Origin: Chrysomallon squamiferum
Lineage: Eukaryota > Animalia > Mollusca
Assembly: GCA_012295275.1 (NCBI GenBank)
Contig: CM022678.1
Coordinates: 10,106,001-10,170,000 of the forward strand
DNA: 64,000 bases
Direction of reading: 5' to 3'
Below, piece after piece: positions 30,030 through 48,061 of this stretch. The notes under the pieces were generated by a model. That model had not been told where the DNA came from, ran no database searches, and saw only the letters and a list, made by a program, of their open reading frames with translations. Numbering within the stretch: position 1 is the stretch's first letter; each line of letters opens with the position of its first letter. The translations under genes and the position numbers were made by a program.

Positions 30030-30537
30030 ATGCAGAGTTTTGTGATCAGTTTGATTACGTAACGCCAGACGTCAAAACAGGTATTCTTGTCTGTCCAGTG
30101 AATGATCTGCATTTCTGAAGATTGAACAATTATGAGGGCCATTCGCAAGTCGCAGCGATGTCTGGGTAGCTGCTGTTATCTTCTTCTATGGCGGTGTTCT
30201 GTGAAAGGTTTCATCGCGTCTCAGCTGTTAATTAAAATGTTGAAGAAATGTGGACTAACGTAGATTCTGGGCTCCTCTAGAATTAGAACCACTGAAACTT
30301 AAACTTCATTAGCTTCCTAACAGACCCGCCCCTGCTGTTATCGGGTCTGAAATGCTCGTTCGTTAGACGGTCTTTGTTTTGGCTCAGTGGTTTAATGCCC
30401 AGTTAGTTAATCCACCAGAACAAAAAGTAATCTTTCTGATAATCATATCTTTGCCTCAGTCATTGTAATGAATGGTTCAGAATAGTCGGAGAAGCGAATA
30501 TTATTGTCATTAAGTATTTAAATTAAAGAGTCGCCAT
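30030..30537 (-). pseudogene. Possible decayed upstream exon(s) of the Hint-domain gene
   Basis: Acceptor TTTTCAG followed by DGDSLI*ILNDNNIRFSD...FITMTEAKI*LSERLLFVL, loosely like Hint GDxVL..YS..F..LT..HLLFV. Coding-like composition but many stops. Confidence 0.3.
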
Positions 30538-30674
30538 CTGAAAATGTTTGTTACAAGATAAAATTAGATAAAGTTTTGTTGCCGATAACTGAATTGTTTT
30601 TCATCACAGACTTCACAGACAAAATAACAAACTGGGACAGAAAGTAAGCAACACTAGCAATAATGTGTGTGTGT

Positions 30675-30717
<43 letters not shown>

Positions 30718-30749
30718 TTGTCTCTCTGTGTGTGTTTGCGTGTGTATGT

Positions 30750-30790
<41 letters not shown>

Positions 30791-31496
30791 TGTGTATGTG
30801 TGTGTGTGTCTCTGTGTGTGTGTTTGTGTGTATGTATGTGTGTGTATGTGTGTGACTGTGTGTGTGTATATGTGTGTATTTGTGTGTGTGGATGTGTGTG
30901 TGTGTGTGTGTGTGTGCGTGCGTGTGTGTGTTTGTGTGTGTGTAATTAGCACTAATAAGTTTGAGTTCAAATATTGTAGAGCTTTCTGTTTTAAAACCAA
31001 AGTTTTGGTTATCAAAAATTATTATCAGTTAATTAAAGAAATACATTTTGAAAAACATCAACAACAGAAAACCCAATTAATATGAAACCGAAAACGCGAA
31101 GTCATCCAGCACTGAAATTTGTCATCAAGCTCACGGACATTGCTTGACTTGTCAAGACCACTCTGTGTAATTCTGAGAACGTAACGTCAGCTGTGGAGAA
31201 GGGTCTGATACGGCGACAGTGACAACGTGGTCACTCGTGCAGACAGACTCTGCTCTGTCTGTGTACAACTCAGCTGTGTACATCTTCACCCACTTTTGTC
31301 CAAGTTGAACAAAGACTTTGTTCAGTGAAATCAGCAGTGAATTTGATTCTTGAATCTTGTGTTAAATTTAATTTTAAAATAAAAAATAAACTACAGAATA
31401 AAAGTTGTAACGAGGCAGTGGTTTCTTTTGCACACACATTTTTCTTTCTATCACAGATAACCAGTGTCTCTCAAAAACAGTAATCTCTCTCTCTTG

Positions 31497-32075
31497 CGTG
31501 TGTATCTATGAAGCATACTTTGTAAGTGGTTTTATCTTTATCTCTGTTATGTGTATCGCTGTCTTTGTGTGTATATCTATGTTAGTATACTTTGTGCGTG
31601 TTTTATCTTTCTCTCTCATTATATGTATCAGTGTCTTTGTGTGTGTATATCTATGTTAGTATATACTTTGTGCGTGTTTTATCTTTATCTCTATTATATG
31701 TATCAGTGTCTTTGTGTGTATATCTATGTTAGTATACTTTGTAAGTGGTTTTATCTTTATCTCCATTTATGTGTATCAGTGTCTCTGTGTGTATACCTAT
31801 GTAAGTATACTTTGTGCGTGTTTTATCTTTATCTTATTATGGGTTTCAGTGTGTGTGTGTGTTGTGTGTGTGTGTGTGTATATCTATATGTAAGTATACT
31901 TTTGTGCGTGTTTTATTTTATCTTTATCTCCATTGTGTGTATCTATGTGTGTGTACTTTGTGTATCTATGTAAGTATACTTTGTGCGTGTTTTATCTTTA
32001 TCTCCATTATGTGTATCAGTGTGTGTGTGTATCTATGTAAGTATACTTTGTGTGTGTTTTATCTCCATCTCCTTT
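31497..32075 (+). repeat. Minisatellite, ~73-bp unit, ~8 copies
   Basis: AGTATACTTTG recurs at about 31584, 31658, 31731, 31804, 31893, 31973 and 32040. Confidence 0.85.
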
Positions 32076-32354
32076 ATGTGTATGTGTGTGTGTATGTGTG
32101 TATGTATGTGTGTGTGTGTATGTATGTATGTGTGTGTGTGTTTATGTGTTTGTATGAATGAATGTGTATGTGTGTGTATATGTGTATGTGTATTATGTGT
32201 GTGTGTTTTGTATGTATGTCTATGTATGTGTATATGTGTATGTGTGTTTGTGTGTATGTGTGTGTGTATGTGATTGTTTGTATGTATGTATGTGTATGTG
32301 TTGTGTGTATGTATGTGTATGTATGTTTTATGTATGTGTGTTTATGTGTATGTA

Positions 32355-32395
<41 letters not shown>

Positions 32396-32443
32396 GTATG
32401 TATGTATGTATGTGTGTGTGTGTGTGTATGTGTGTGTGTGTGT

Positions 32444-32480
<37 letters not shown>

Positions 32481-32576
32481 TGTGTATGTGTGTGTGTGTA
32501 TGTGTGTGTGTATGTTATGTGTGTGTGTTTTGTGTGTATGTGTATGTATGTATGTATGTATGTGTGTGTGTGTGTA

Positions 32577-32613
<37 letters not shown>

Positions 32614-32848
32614 GTGTATGTGTGTGTGTGTGTGTGTGTATGTGTGTGTGTTTGTGTGTTTATGTATGTGTGTGTGTATGTGTTTATATGTGTTTTTATG
32701 TGTGTATGTGTGTATGTGTATGTGTGTGTATGTGTGTGTATGTGTGTATGTGTGTATATGTGTGTGTATGTGTATATGTGTATGTATATGTATGTGTATG
32801 TGTGTTTGTGTGTTTATGTATGTGTATGTGTTTGTGTGTTTGTTTGTG

Positions 32849-32881
<33 letters not shown>

Positions 32882-32932
32882 ATGTGTATGTATGTGTGTG
32901 TGTATATGTGTGTATGTGTGTGTGTGTGTGTC

Positions 32933-32997
<65 letters not shown>

Positions 32998-33027
32998 GTG
33001 TGTATATGTATGTGTGTGTGTGTATGT

Positions 33028-33074
<47 letters not shown>

Positions 33075-33173
33075 TGTGTGTTGTGTGTGTATGTTTGTGT
33101 GTGTGTGTGTGTGTGTATGTATGTGTTGTATGTGTGTGTGTGTGTGTGTATGTGTGTGTGTGTGTGTGTGTGT

Positions 33174-33211
<38 letters not shown>

Positions 33212-33445
33212 TGTGTGTGTTATGTATGTGTATTTATGTATATGTATGTAAATGTGTGTGTGTGTATGCATTTGTATATGTATGTATGTGTATGTGTGTA
33301 TGTATGTGTTTGTGTGTGTCTGTGTGTGTGTGTGTGTGTGTTTGTGTATGTTTGTATGTGTGTGTGTATGTGTGTGTATGTGTGTGTGTGTATGTTTGTG
33401 TGTGTGTGTATGTGTGTGTGTGTGTGTGTATATATGTATTTTTAT
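32076..33445 (+). repeat. Long compound (TG)n/(TATG)n microsatellite
   Basis: ~1.37 kb of TG/TATG repeats; source of the spurious Cys/Val ORFs. Confidence 0.97.
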
Positions 33446-34045
33446 GTGTATCTTTTTTTTCTTTCTTTTATTTATTTGGATTAAAAAATAAATATATAAA
33501 AAATTAGCCTTAATTTCATGTCTAAGAGAGAAATTTATAAAATATATCAAGCAGAATAAAAATGTAAAAGTTGAAAACTTTTTTCCCACACGTGGGCCAA
33601 TGGCGCGCACCTTTTGCACGTGTTGAAACATTTCTCCCGACCCGCGGGGAAAGTGTCACAGAGCTTTTTCACATGTTGAAAATGCTAGGGATCTCCAAAA
33701 CAATAATTTGTATTAGCTGTTAATAATAAATTTATAATAAATCTCAACAGTGAACTGCTTTGTTCTACACTGATATTATACACATTAATTATATTATACA
33801 GACAGACATACATATACATACAGACATACATACAGTTAGGTGAATACATAGGTAGCTATACAGACAAAGAGATCACGAAACAATGTAAAATAGTTTTAAA
33901 ATTTAAATGAAATAAAGACAGAACAATTTTTTTATTATCATATAAATATTTTATTGCACTTTTGTCTGATTACATTGTAGTATGTACAAATATGTACAAT
34001 ATTCATTGAAATAAATTACTTTGCAAAATAATAGAATAGTTTAGA

Positions 34046-34167
<122 letters not shown>

Positions 34168-34448
34168 AAAATGACAAAACTTGGTGAAAATTTCAAAAGT
34201 AAATCAGAGTTTGTTTTAAAGTGAAATCTATTTTGTAATTTAGCAAGTTTAAACGATAAAGTAATTCATAATAAATAAATAACATATTAAAATAAAAATA
34301 AAAATAAAGAAAGTAAACAAATTAACTAAATTAATTACTTTATAATAAATAAATAATTGATTTTCTGTTTATTTATCAGAAAGAAATGTCTGTGGACTTT
34401 CAACTTCAAAACAGTTCAGTGAAACTAACTTAGCAGACAGTTTGAAGT

Positions 34449-35967
34449 TTACTTTTTACACCACGTAAATATTTTTATTTCATTCTTAGTTTCCACGTAG
34501 AGTTTGTTGTCATCACAACAGACACACCAAGGACTGGACAGTCCATCCTGGTCAGTGAGGATGTCACGTGTAATGTTACCATCTCGAGACAGCTGAACAA
34601 CACAATTTCTATTCAAATCACAAACAAAAATATTTCCCTCCCTGTCACATGTAACACCTGTCAAGTCTCTCAGTTTGTCTGAATCACGTGACTTCCATTT
34701 GACGTCACCTGATGACGTCACACAAAATAAACTGTTTTCTCTCAGTGACACAACAATCAGACATTGATCGTGAACTGTGAGAAACCACGGACTGGGGATC
34801 AAATCTGTTGAGATAGAATTAATGAGCTGACCACTGTCTGTCAGTATGTCCAAGCACTGATTAAACACCACCCACCAGTGACCGCGAGACGGTTGCCAGG
34901 TAACACAGAGATAAACTGATACTTTTACCAGTTGTAATTGTTTTTATCAGTTTGAAGTTTTCCAAATTTAAAAACAATATTTTATTTTCATCTGGCAGAA
35001 CAACAACAACAACAACAACATCACCCTGCTGATCACGTGACTCAGCAAGACCGCATGGAGGAGTGGAAGTCACGTGTTTGTTTATCAGTGATTTTCTTTC
35101 TAAACAAAAACATTTTACACATTTATTGTTTCAATCACTAACAACAATTTTACTCTTGTCCTCACCTGACACCAGGATGGACACAGAGGATTTGTTTTAT
35201 CTTCTTCTGTTTTTGTGTTAATGGATTTGTTTTATCTTCTGTTTGTGTTTCTGTGTTAATGGTGTCTGTGTGTTTCTGTGTGTTTGTGTGTCTGTCTGTT
35301 TGTCTATCTGTGTGTGTGTGTGTTGTTTTGTGTTAATGGTGTGTGTGTGTTTGAGTGTGTCTGTCTGTTTGGTGTCTGTGTTTAATGGTGTCTGTTTTTC
35401 TGTCTGTCTCTGTCTGTCTGTGTGTCTGTTTGTCTGTTTGGATGTTTGTGTTTATTTCACCAATGTGTACAGACATTTCTTTCTTTTTATCAGATTTTCT
35501 GAGATTTATTTTGAATTCTACTTTTTCTATTTGTGAAAGAGATTTTGTCAGAAACTTTGAAGTTGTGTTTTGAAGTTTGGTGAATTTTGGAAGATTTGTT
35601 TTTATGTCTGACTCTGATTTTTCTTTTAACAAACCCTCACCAAGTTTTATAAACTTTTCATTTTCATCAATCAGATGTTTGTGTTCACTAAACAATTTTT
35701 CTATTTCTGAGTTTACAAAGTTCTGAGATTTTTCTATTTCTCTTATTAGCCTGTCTTGTTCTTTGTGGACTGCGGCTGTGAAATCTGTGATTAGTGTGTT
35801 ACCAATCCTTCTGACCTCTTCTGTGGTGTCCACGACGTTGATGTCGACGGCTTGGCGAAGTTGCTCAATCTTATCATCCATCTCTGTCTGAAGAATTTCT
35901 TTAAAGTTTTTGAGACTCTCAGAAACAGAACTCAGAATTGAAATGTGACCTCCCTTTTTAGCTGAAA

Positions 35968-36003
<36 letters not shown>

Positions 36004-36530
36004 AATAATAATAGAATTAGTAATTATTATTAATAAAGATATGCATACATTGTGAAGAGTTATAGAATTTATTTTATCAACTAAATGTAAAATCTTAGTA
36101 GAAAAATGTTATAGATAAAATGTCCTCTATTTCATTATGCTACGATAGTTAATACACAACAAATATTTTTAGTAAAATGACAGTGTATTTTTTTTAAATT
36201 ATTGTATTGTAATGCTCAATCAAAACACAACACTGCTGACTCACAAAACTTTGAATGTTCTATTTTGTTAATGGCGTCCACCAGTGACTTGTTTATAGAG
36301 AATTGAGCTGCCCATGTTTCCACTGGTTTCGTGCTGTCTGGAATGTGGACATTCTGCCTGCAGAACGGGCAGCTTATTTCTGTGTCGTTGTTGTTGTAAT
36401 GTGTGCTGATGTAATTCTGCAGGCATTTCAAGCAGAACGAATGTCCACATGAAAAAACTCTTGGTTTGTCAAAAATTTCCAAACACAGAGAACACGAAAT
36501 GTTGTCATCGGAGTTTGAAGCTGTTGCCAT
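34449..36530 (-). pseudogene. TRIM-like RING / coiled-coil / NHL beta-propeller E3 ligase gene, disrupted
   Basis: Exon 36530-36245 encodes MATASNSDDNISCSLCLEIFDKPRVFSCGHSFCLKCL...CPFCR (C3HC4 RING), with donor GTGAGT. It splices in phase to the exon starting at 35961 (SKKGGHISIL...coiled coil), followed by NHL-like repeats (IVVSD*NNKCVK, LTGVTCDREGNIFVCDLNRNCVVQL, GLSSPWCVCCD). Lesions: TAA at 35333-35335 in a repeat expansion, TGA at 35131-35133, and frameshifts near 35190 and 34865. No B-box is visible. Confidence 0.85.
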
Positions 36531-36535
36531 ATCTG

Positions 36536-36600
<65 letters not shown>

Positions 36601-36827
36601 TGAAAACAACCTACTGGAGGTAAAAATTACATATTAATTCCATTTAAGTCATACGACCAATGGTAAATAGAAATACATAAAATGAAATGATAAATATATA
36701 AACTTGCGAATGTAACACTGTTTATTATAAATTATAAATATATTATAAATACACTAAATAAACTGTTTATTTACTTAGTCGTATTTGTAAAATAAAAGTG
36801 CGTTACGAACTTGCTAAATTTAACCTT

Positions 36828-36837
36828 GTGACGTCAC
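36828..36837. promoter_or_regulatory. Palindromic CRE (GTGACGTCAC) upstream of the TRIM-like gene
   Basis: Perfect TGACGTCA at 36829-36836, ~300 bp 5' of the ATG and next to a candidate non-coding first-exon donor near 36770. Confidence 0.4.
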
Positions 36838-37135
36838 TCTTAATATGAGAAGGAAGACGACAGCCTCTTGGAAATTGCAGGCAGACAAGATTAATATAAT
36901 AAAGGAGGTCAGCTGTAATAAATTGTATGAAGAAAAAGAAAAATCACAAAAACCCTTCAACACACTAAACATATGTGAGTAAAACGAATGCTGCAAGTTA
37001 ATTAAGCAGATCACTAGAACAGAAATCGTTTCTCGCAATGTGACGAGCTACTTTTCTTGAAAAACACATATCTCGCACGACAATGTAATCGTGGAATTGA
37101 CTTTGAAAATGATATTTTTAAATATCTTAGAACAC

Positions 37136-37233
<98 letters not shown>

Positions 37234-38317
37234 TTGACTTACTTAGTCTTGAGAAATGAAAATTTTAAGAGGAACAAATTTCTCCGTTTGTTCGTCTACA
37301 ATGTCAATTTACTCTTGCAGTAGCGAAGCCCGGTTTTGTCAGACGACACTTACTGAGCGGAAGATACCAATTCGTAAAGAAAGAAGGGGTAGGAGCTTTG
37401 AAGTTTTCTATAAAACCTTTCTTTCTTCTGATAAAAAATAATCGTGAAATTTTTAAATTGTTGTATTTAAGTAAACAGGATTAAAATTAACAACTACCTG
37501 AACATAGTTTGTGTACTAAATTAATTTATAAAATGCTGGTTAGAGTCTATCACACATGTAGTAATAATAGAGATAGCAGCTGGCTTGTAGTTGGACAGAG
37601 AAAGATAATACATTTAGCCGCCAAAACTGTATCTTGTTTAAACTTGAATAGTGAACTGGCGGTACCAGTCTTTTCGTAAGATATATAAATAAACTATAAT
37701 AATGAAAAACAGCATACAAGGTGAATATACAATAGTAATAAAATAATAATAAATATATATCTCTTCTCTGTGTTAAATAGCTTTATTTCATTTTATTTAA
37801 GATATATATATATAGCTTTTCAAATCTCGATTCACCGCATAACCTATCTTCAAACTGGTTCAGATAATATTTTATTTGTTACTGAAGCCAAACTTACTAT
37901 GTTGTTTGTTTGCTGGTCTGTTCGATAAAACAAGCTACGAGGGTTTTGTAATGACAGATTTATTCAGGAGAACATACTCCACATACAAGGATGATGTATA
38001 TAAATCGACTTATTAAATAACGAAATAAAGTACACTACAATTAAACAAATACCACACAAACGTACACTTTGTCATAATTTATGTCAACTAATTTCCCGAT
38101 CTAACATATTATAACATTAATTTAATCAAATTTATTTCCCGATCTAATAGTCGACAATATGTATACACATATTTATTTCTCAATGTAATTTATGTACTTA
38201 TACTTATCTCGCTCAGTTTGTATAAATGCTAACCTACAAACAATAAAATATATAAAGAGACGCTTTTCATCTAAGGAAAGAAAGAAAGAAACTTTTTTTA
38301 CATACGTTTGTGTATGC

Positions 38318-38367
<50 letters not shown>

Positions 38368-39385
38368 ATAACTAACAAATCTCAGTGAGTAAAAGTTATT
38401 ATTATCTGTCTATTAGTATTAGTATCATATTATTTATTTATATTTGTTTAAAGTTTCAGTGATAAACTAGCATGAATGAGGGTTTTCTCAGATATATCAT
38501 TAATCACATTCAATAAAATACTCGAGCGAAAAGGAAGATGTTTTAAGTTACACACCTACACAGACACACCACACACATATACATACATACACACACAACA
38601 CAAATGCATACACATATATACAAAACAGACACATATACAGATCTACAAACGCAACACACACCCGCATCCACATAAACACACATACATACAGAATACACAC
38701 AACGCACACAAACAGTACACCGACACACATACACACAAACTTACACACAATGCACACGCACACATGTCTACACACTGAAACGCCTAATGTTCAGTTTAAC
38801 AGAAGTTTACATTCTGTTTGTTTACCGAGGCGAAACCTACTTGACTCTGTTTAGTCACGTTTTGAATTCACGCAGTTACACTGTCTACAGAGGAACGTGG
38901 GTTTCAACAAAAAAACCCAACTCAAACAAAAGATCAGATTTTATGAAAATTTATAATAATAATAGTTTTTCTTATCGTTGTCATTATTATTATCATTGTT
39001 ACTACTACTGTTGTTGTTGTTTTGTTATTATTGTAGTTGTTGTTATTACTATTATTGTATTTGTAGTAGTAGTTGTTGTTTTGTTTTTTGTTGTTGTTGT
39101 ATTGCTGTTATTGTTGTTGTCATGATGCCAATGGCTAAAGCGCTCATTATCGCTGTCTAGGGCCAGAAGAGAAATATAACTACTAAAACACACTAATGTT
39201 ACTGATAATACTACAACAGCCACTGCAAAAACAAATACTGCAGCTACAACTACTAGAACAACTGCTACTGAAGTAACTAATAATTCTACTACAACTACAA
39301 CGACGAATAATTCTGCTTCAAATACTATAACAACTAATACTAAAACTACTACAATAAATAATATTTCCACTACAACTATTACTAC

Positions 39386-40340
<955 letters not shown>

Positions 40341-40961
40341 TGTTTGGGCATATGCAGGATTAAGTTATAACAGAATGATGTAACATACGTAATACAATAA
40401 AATAGAACACAACATAACATAACGTAACAAAACATAACATAACAAAAGATAAAATAATACAATATAGAAAGCATAAAAGCAACAAATTATCTTGACATTA
40501 ACTTGCGTTTTCATCAGAAAATAACGAACTCTCAGTTTCTAAAAATAGATCTTGGAATTTCCATATCATTTCCGAGAGAACTCGGTGTTTTCTGTGTAAG
40601 TGAGTAGACTCTGTATAAACGAGTTTTATTACTGATGGAAAAAATTCTGAAAAATAATAAAACTTCACTGACAGAGACGTTTACTTATTACATGCGAGTA
40701 AATTATAATATTTAATTATTTATTATTTTGTTAACTGATTTTTTCTTGCCTACATATTTTTGTTTTTGTTTGTTTATTATTTTGCTAATTGATTTATCTT
40801 CATATTTGTTTGCAAATCATGCAGTTTCTCTTCATTTTTTTGTCTTACTACTACTATTTCTATTACTACGACAAGAACAACTACTGTTACCATTACTATT
40901 ACAGCAACAATTACTACTATTACTACTATTACTATACTACTAGTACTATTACTACTACTAC

Positions 40962-41022
<61 letters not shown>

Positions 41023-41438
41023 TTATCGCAATAAAAGACGTAGTTGATGCAAAACAAACATTGTTTATTTAAGCATATATCAGAACAGACACACAGCGAA
41101 CGCACACTGAATTATCTATGTACGTAGGACAGACAGACAGACACAGAGTTATCCCAGCTAGAGATCATCACCAGGTCTACACAAATAACCTCACATCCTA
41201 ACAGCAGAGTTTTAATCTTATTACATCTGTGTATTTATAGCAGTGACGTCTTCACTTTAGATTTTATGACAGTCTCTTCGAGAGATGCAACTTCTTTGTC
41301 AGTTTTTGAAATTCAAACAGTCATTCTTATTACAACTACTGCTGTTGCTACTACTACTACTACTACAACAACTCTACTATTACTACTACTACTACTACTA
41401 ATAATAATAATAATGCGGTAATATTCCACGTGCTGCGT

Positions 41439-43250
41439 TGATTTTGTAATATGTAAAACATCGTCAACATGGGACAGTATTAACAGATTTTGTAATATGT
41501 AAAACATCGTCAACATGGGACAGTATTAACAGATTTTGTAATATGTAAAACATCGTCAACATGGGACAGTATTAACAGATTTTGTAATATGTAAAACATC
41601 GTCAACATGGGACAGTATTAACAGATTTTGTAATATGTAAAACATCGTCAACATGGGACAGTATTAACAGATTTAACAGATTTTGTAATATGTAAAACAT
41701 CGTCAACATGGGACAGTATTCGTCAGCAACAGAACAGATTTTGTAATATGTAAAACATCGTCAACATGGGACAGTATTAACAGATTTTGTAATATGTAAA
41801 ACATCGTCAACATGGGACAGTATTAACAGATTTTGTAATATGTAAAACATCATCAACATGGGACAGTATTAACAGATTTTGTAATATGTAAAACATCGTC
41901 AACATGGGACAGTATTAACAGATTTTGTAATATGTAAAACATCGTCAACATGGGACAGTATTAACAGATTTTGTAATATGTAAAACATCGTCAACATGGG
42001 ACAGTATTAACAGATTTTGTAATATGTAAAACATCGTCAACATGGGACAGTATTAACAGATTTTGTAATATGTAAAACATCGTCAACATGGGACAGTATT
42101 AACAGATTTTGTAATATGTAAAACATCGTCAACATGGGACAGTATTAACAGATTTTGTAATATGTAAAAAAACATCAACATGGGACAGTATTAACAGATT
42201 TTGTAATATGTAAAACATCGTCAACATGGGACAGTATTAACAGATTTTGTAATATGTAAAACATCGTCAACATGGGACAGTATTAACAGATTTTGTAATA
42301 TGTAAAAAAACATGGGACAGTATTAACAGATTTTGTAATATGTAAAACATCGTCAACATGGGACAGTATTAACAGATTTTGTAATATGTAAAACATCGTC
42401 AACATGGGACAGTGTTAACAGATTTTGTAATATGTAAAACATCGTCAACATGGGACAGTGTTAACAGATTTTGTAATATGTAAAACATCGTCAACATGGG
42501 ACAGTATTAACAGATTTTGTAATATGTAAAACATCGTCAACATGGGACAGTATTAACAGATTTTGTAATATGTAAAACATCATCAACATGGGACAGTATT
42601 AACAGATTTTGTAATATGTAAAACATCGTCAACATGGGACAGTATTAACAGATTTTGTAATATGTAAAAAACATCGTCAACATGGGACAGTATTAACAGA
42701 TTTTTTTGTAAAAATATGGAAAACATTTTGTAATATGTAAAACATCATCAACATCAACATGGGACAGTATTAACAGATTTTGTAATATGTAAAACATCGT
42801 CAACATGGGACAGTATTAACAGATTTTGTAATATGTAAAACATCGTCAACATGGGACAGTATTAACAGATTTTGTAATATGTAAAACATCGTCAACATGG
42901 GACAGTATTAACAGATTTTGTAATATGTAAAACATCGTCAACATGGGACAGTATTAACAGATTTTGTAATATGTAAAACATCGTCAACATGGGACAGTAT
43001 TAACAGATTTTGTAATATGTAAAACATCGTCAACATGGGACAGTATTAACAGATTTTGTAATATGTAAAACATCGTCAACATGGGACAGTATTAACAGAT
43101 TTTGTAATATAAAACATCGTCAACATGGGACAGTATTAACAGATTTTGTAATATGTAAAACATCGTCAACATGGGACAGTATTAACAGATTTTGTAACTG
43201 TAAAAAATCGTCAACATCCATTCCATTAACAGATTTTGTAATATGAAAAC
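41439..43250 (+). repeat. Tandem satellite array, 46-bp unit, roughly 39 copies
   Basis: Unit AACAGATTTTGTAATATGTAAAACATCGTCAACATGGGACAGTATT repeated head-to-tail without spacers. Confidence 0.97.
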
Positions 43251-43682
43251 ATCGTGACCACTGGGACAACATCACTCGACAGATTGAGACAACATTTCGA
43301 CCATCGTCGACCACTGAGACAACATCACTAACTGAGACATCATCGACCACTGAGACAACATCACTCGACCACTGAACAGCAAGGCTCGACCACTGAGACA
43401 ACATCACTCGACCACTGAGTCATCACTCGACCACTGAGACAACATCACTGGAAACTGAGACAACATCCTCGACCACTGAGACAGCATCACTCGACCACTG
43501 AGACAACATCACTCGACCACTGAGACAACATCACTCGACCACTGAGACAACATCACTCGACCACTGAGACAACATCACTCGACCACTGAGACAACATCAC
43601 TCGACCACTGAGACAACATCACTCGACCACTGAGACAACATCACTCGACCACTGAGACAACATCACTCGACCACTGAGACAT
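43250..43682 (+). repeat. Tandem array, 22-bp unit, roughly 19 copies
   Basis: Unit TCGACCACTGAGACAACATCAC; degenerate at its 5' end and homogeneous at its 3' end. Confidence 0.95.
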
Positions 43683-43784
43683 CATACACCGAGTGTACTC
43701 ATCACTTGCTTTTTTTGTTTGTTTTTTGTCTTTATTCATTTCTTGCGTGCTTTTATTTTCTTGTTGGAAACCTGACAATTAGCA

Positions 43785-47560
<3,776 letters not shown>

Positions 47561-47920
47561 ATTACACTGCAGTACATTGTATAGCTGTGCTGTCAACTTG
47601 AACTTACAGTGTCCTTCAAATGAATACCCATGACGTCAAAAACCTCATCTTATTTTCCAAGCATCCGGTTATATAATTTATTTTATTTCTTAGTATTTTT
47701 CATTCTTTCTCTAGCTTTTTTATTCTTTCGTTGTTTTGTTTCTAATTATTTTTGTTTCTTTTCATTTTACCGCTTCTATCTCTCATATTTTTCATTCTGT
47801 CACTTAATATCTCATATTCTTTTTCTTTCTTTTACATTTTCTTTTTCATGTTTTCTCCGTTCTTCCTTTCATTCTTTTTCTATCTCTCGTTCTCATCATA
47901 CACTAATATTATCTTGTATG

Positions 47921-48061
<141 letters not shown>

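Larger units (their letters stand above)
29184..31405. repeat. ~74-bp inverted repeat pair (29184-29257 and 31332-31405) enclosing ~2.1 kb
   Basis: The left arm ACTTTTATTCTGTAGTTTATTTT...AAATTAAATTTAACAAAAGATTCAAGAATCAAATTCACTGCTG is the reverse complement, with few mismatches, of CAGCAGTGAATTTGATTCTTGAATCTTGTGTTAAATTTAATTTT...AATAAACTACAGAATAAAAGT. Confidence 0.85.

Noticed and set aside
31090-31357. Coding exon assignment (Hint N-terminus or NHL fragment)
   Set aside because: Coding-like composition, but no frame gave a motif I could defend.
32158-33507. 449-aa and overlapping Cys/Val-rich ORFs
   Set aside because: Translations of a (TG)n/(TATG)n microsatellite that is open in several frames.
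41439-43682. CRISPR array
   Set aside because: Units are head-to-tail with no unique spacers, there are no cas genes, and the context is eukaryotic.
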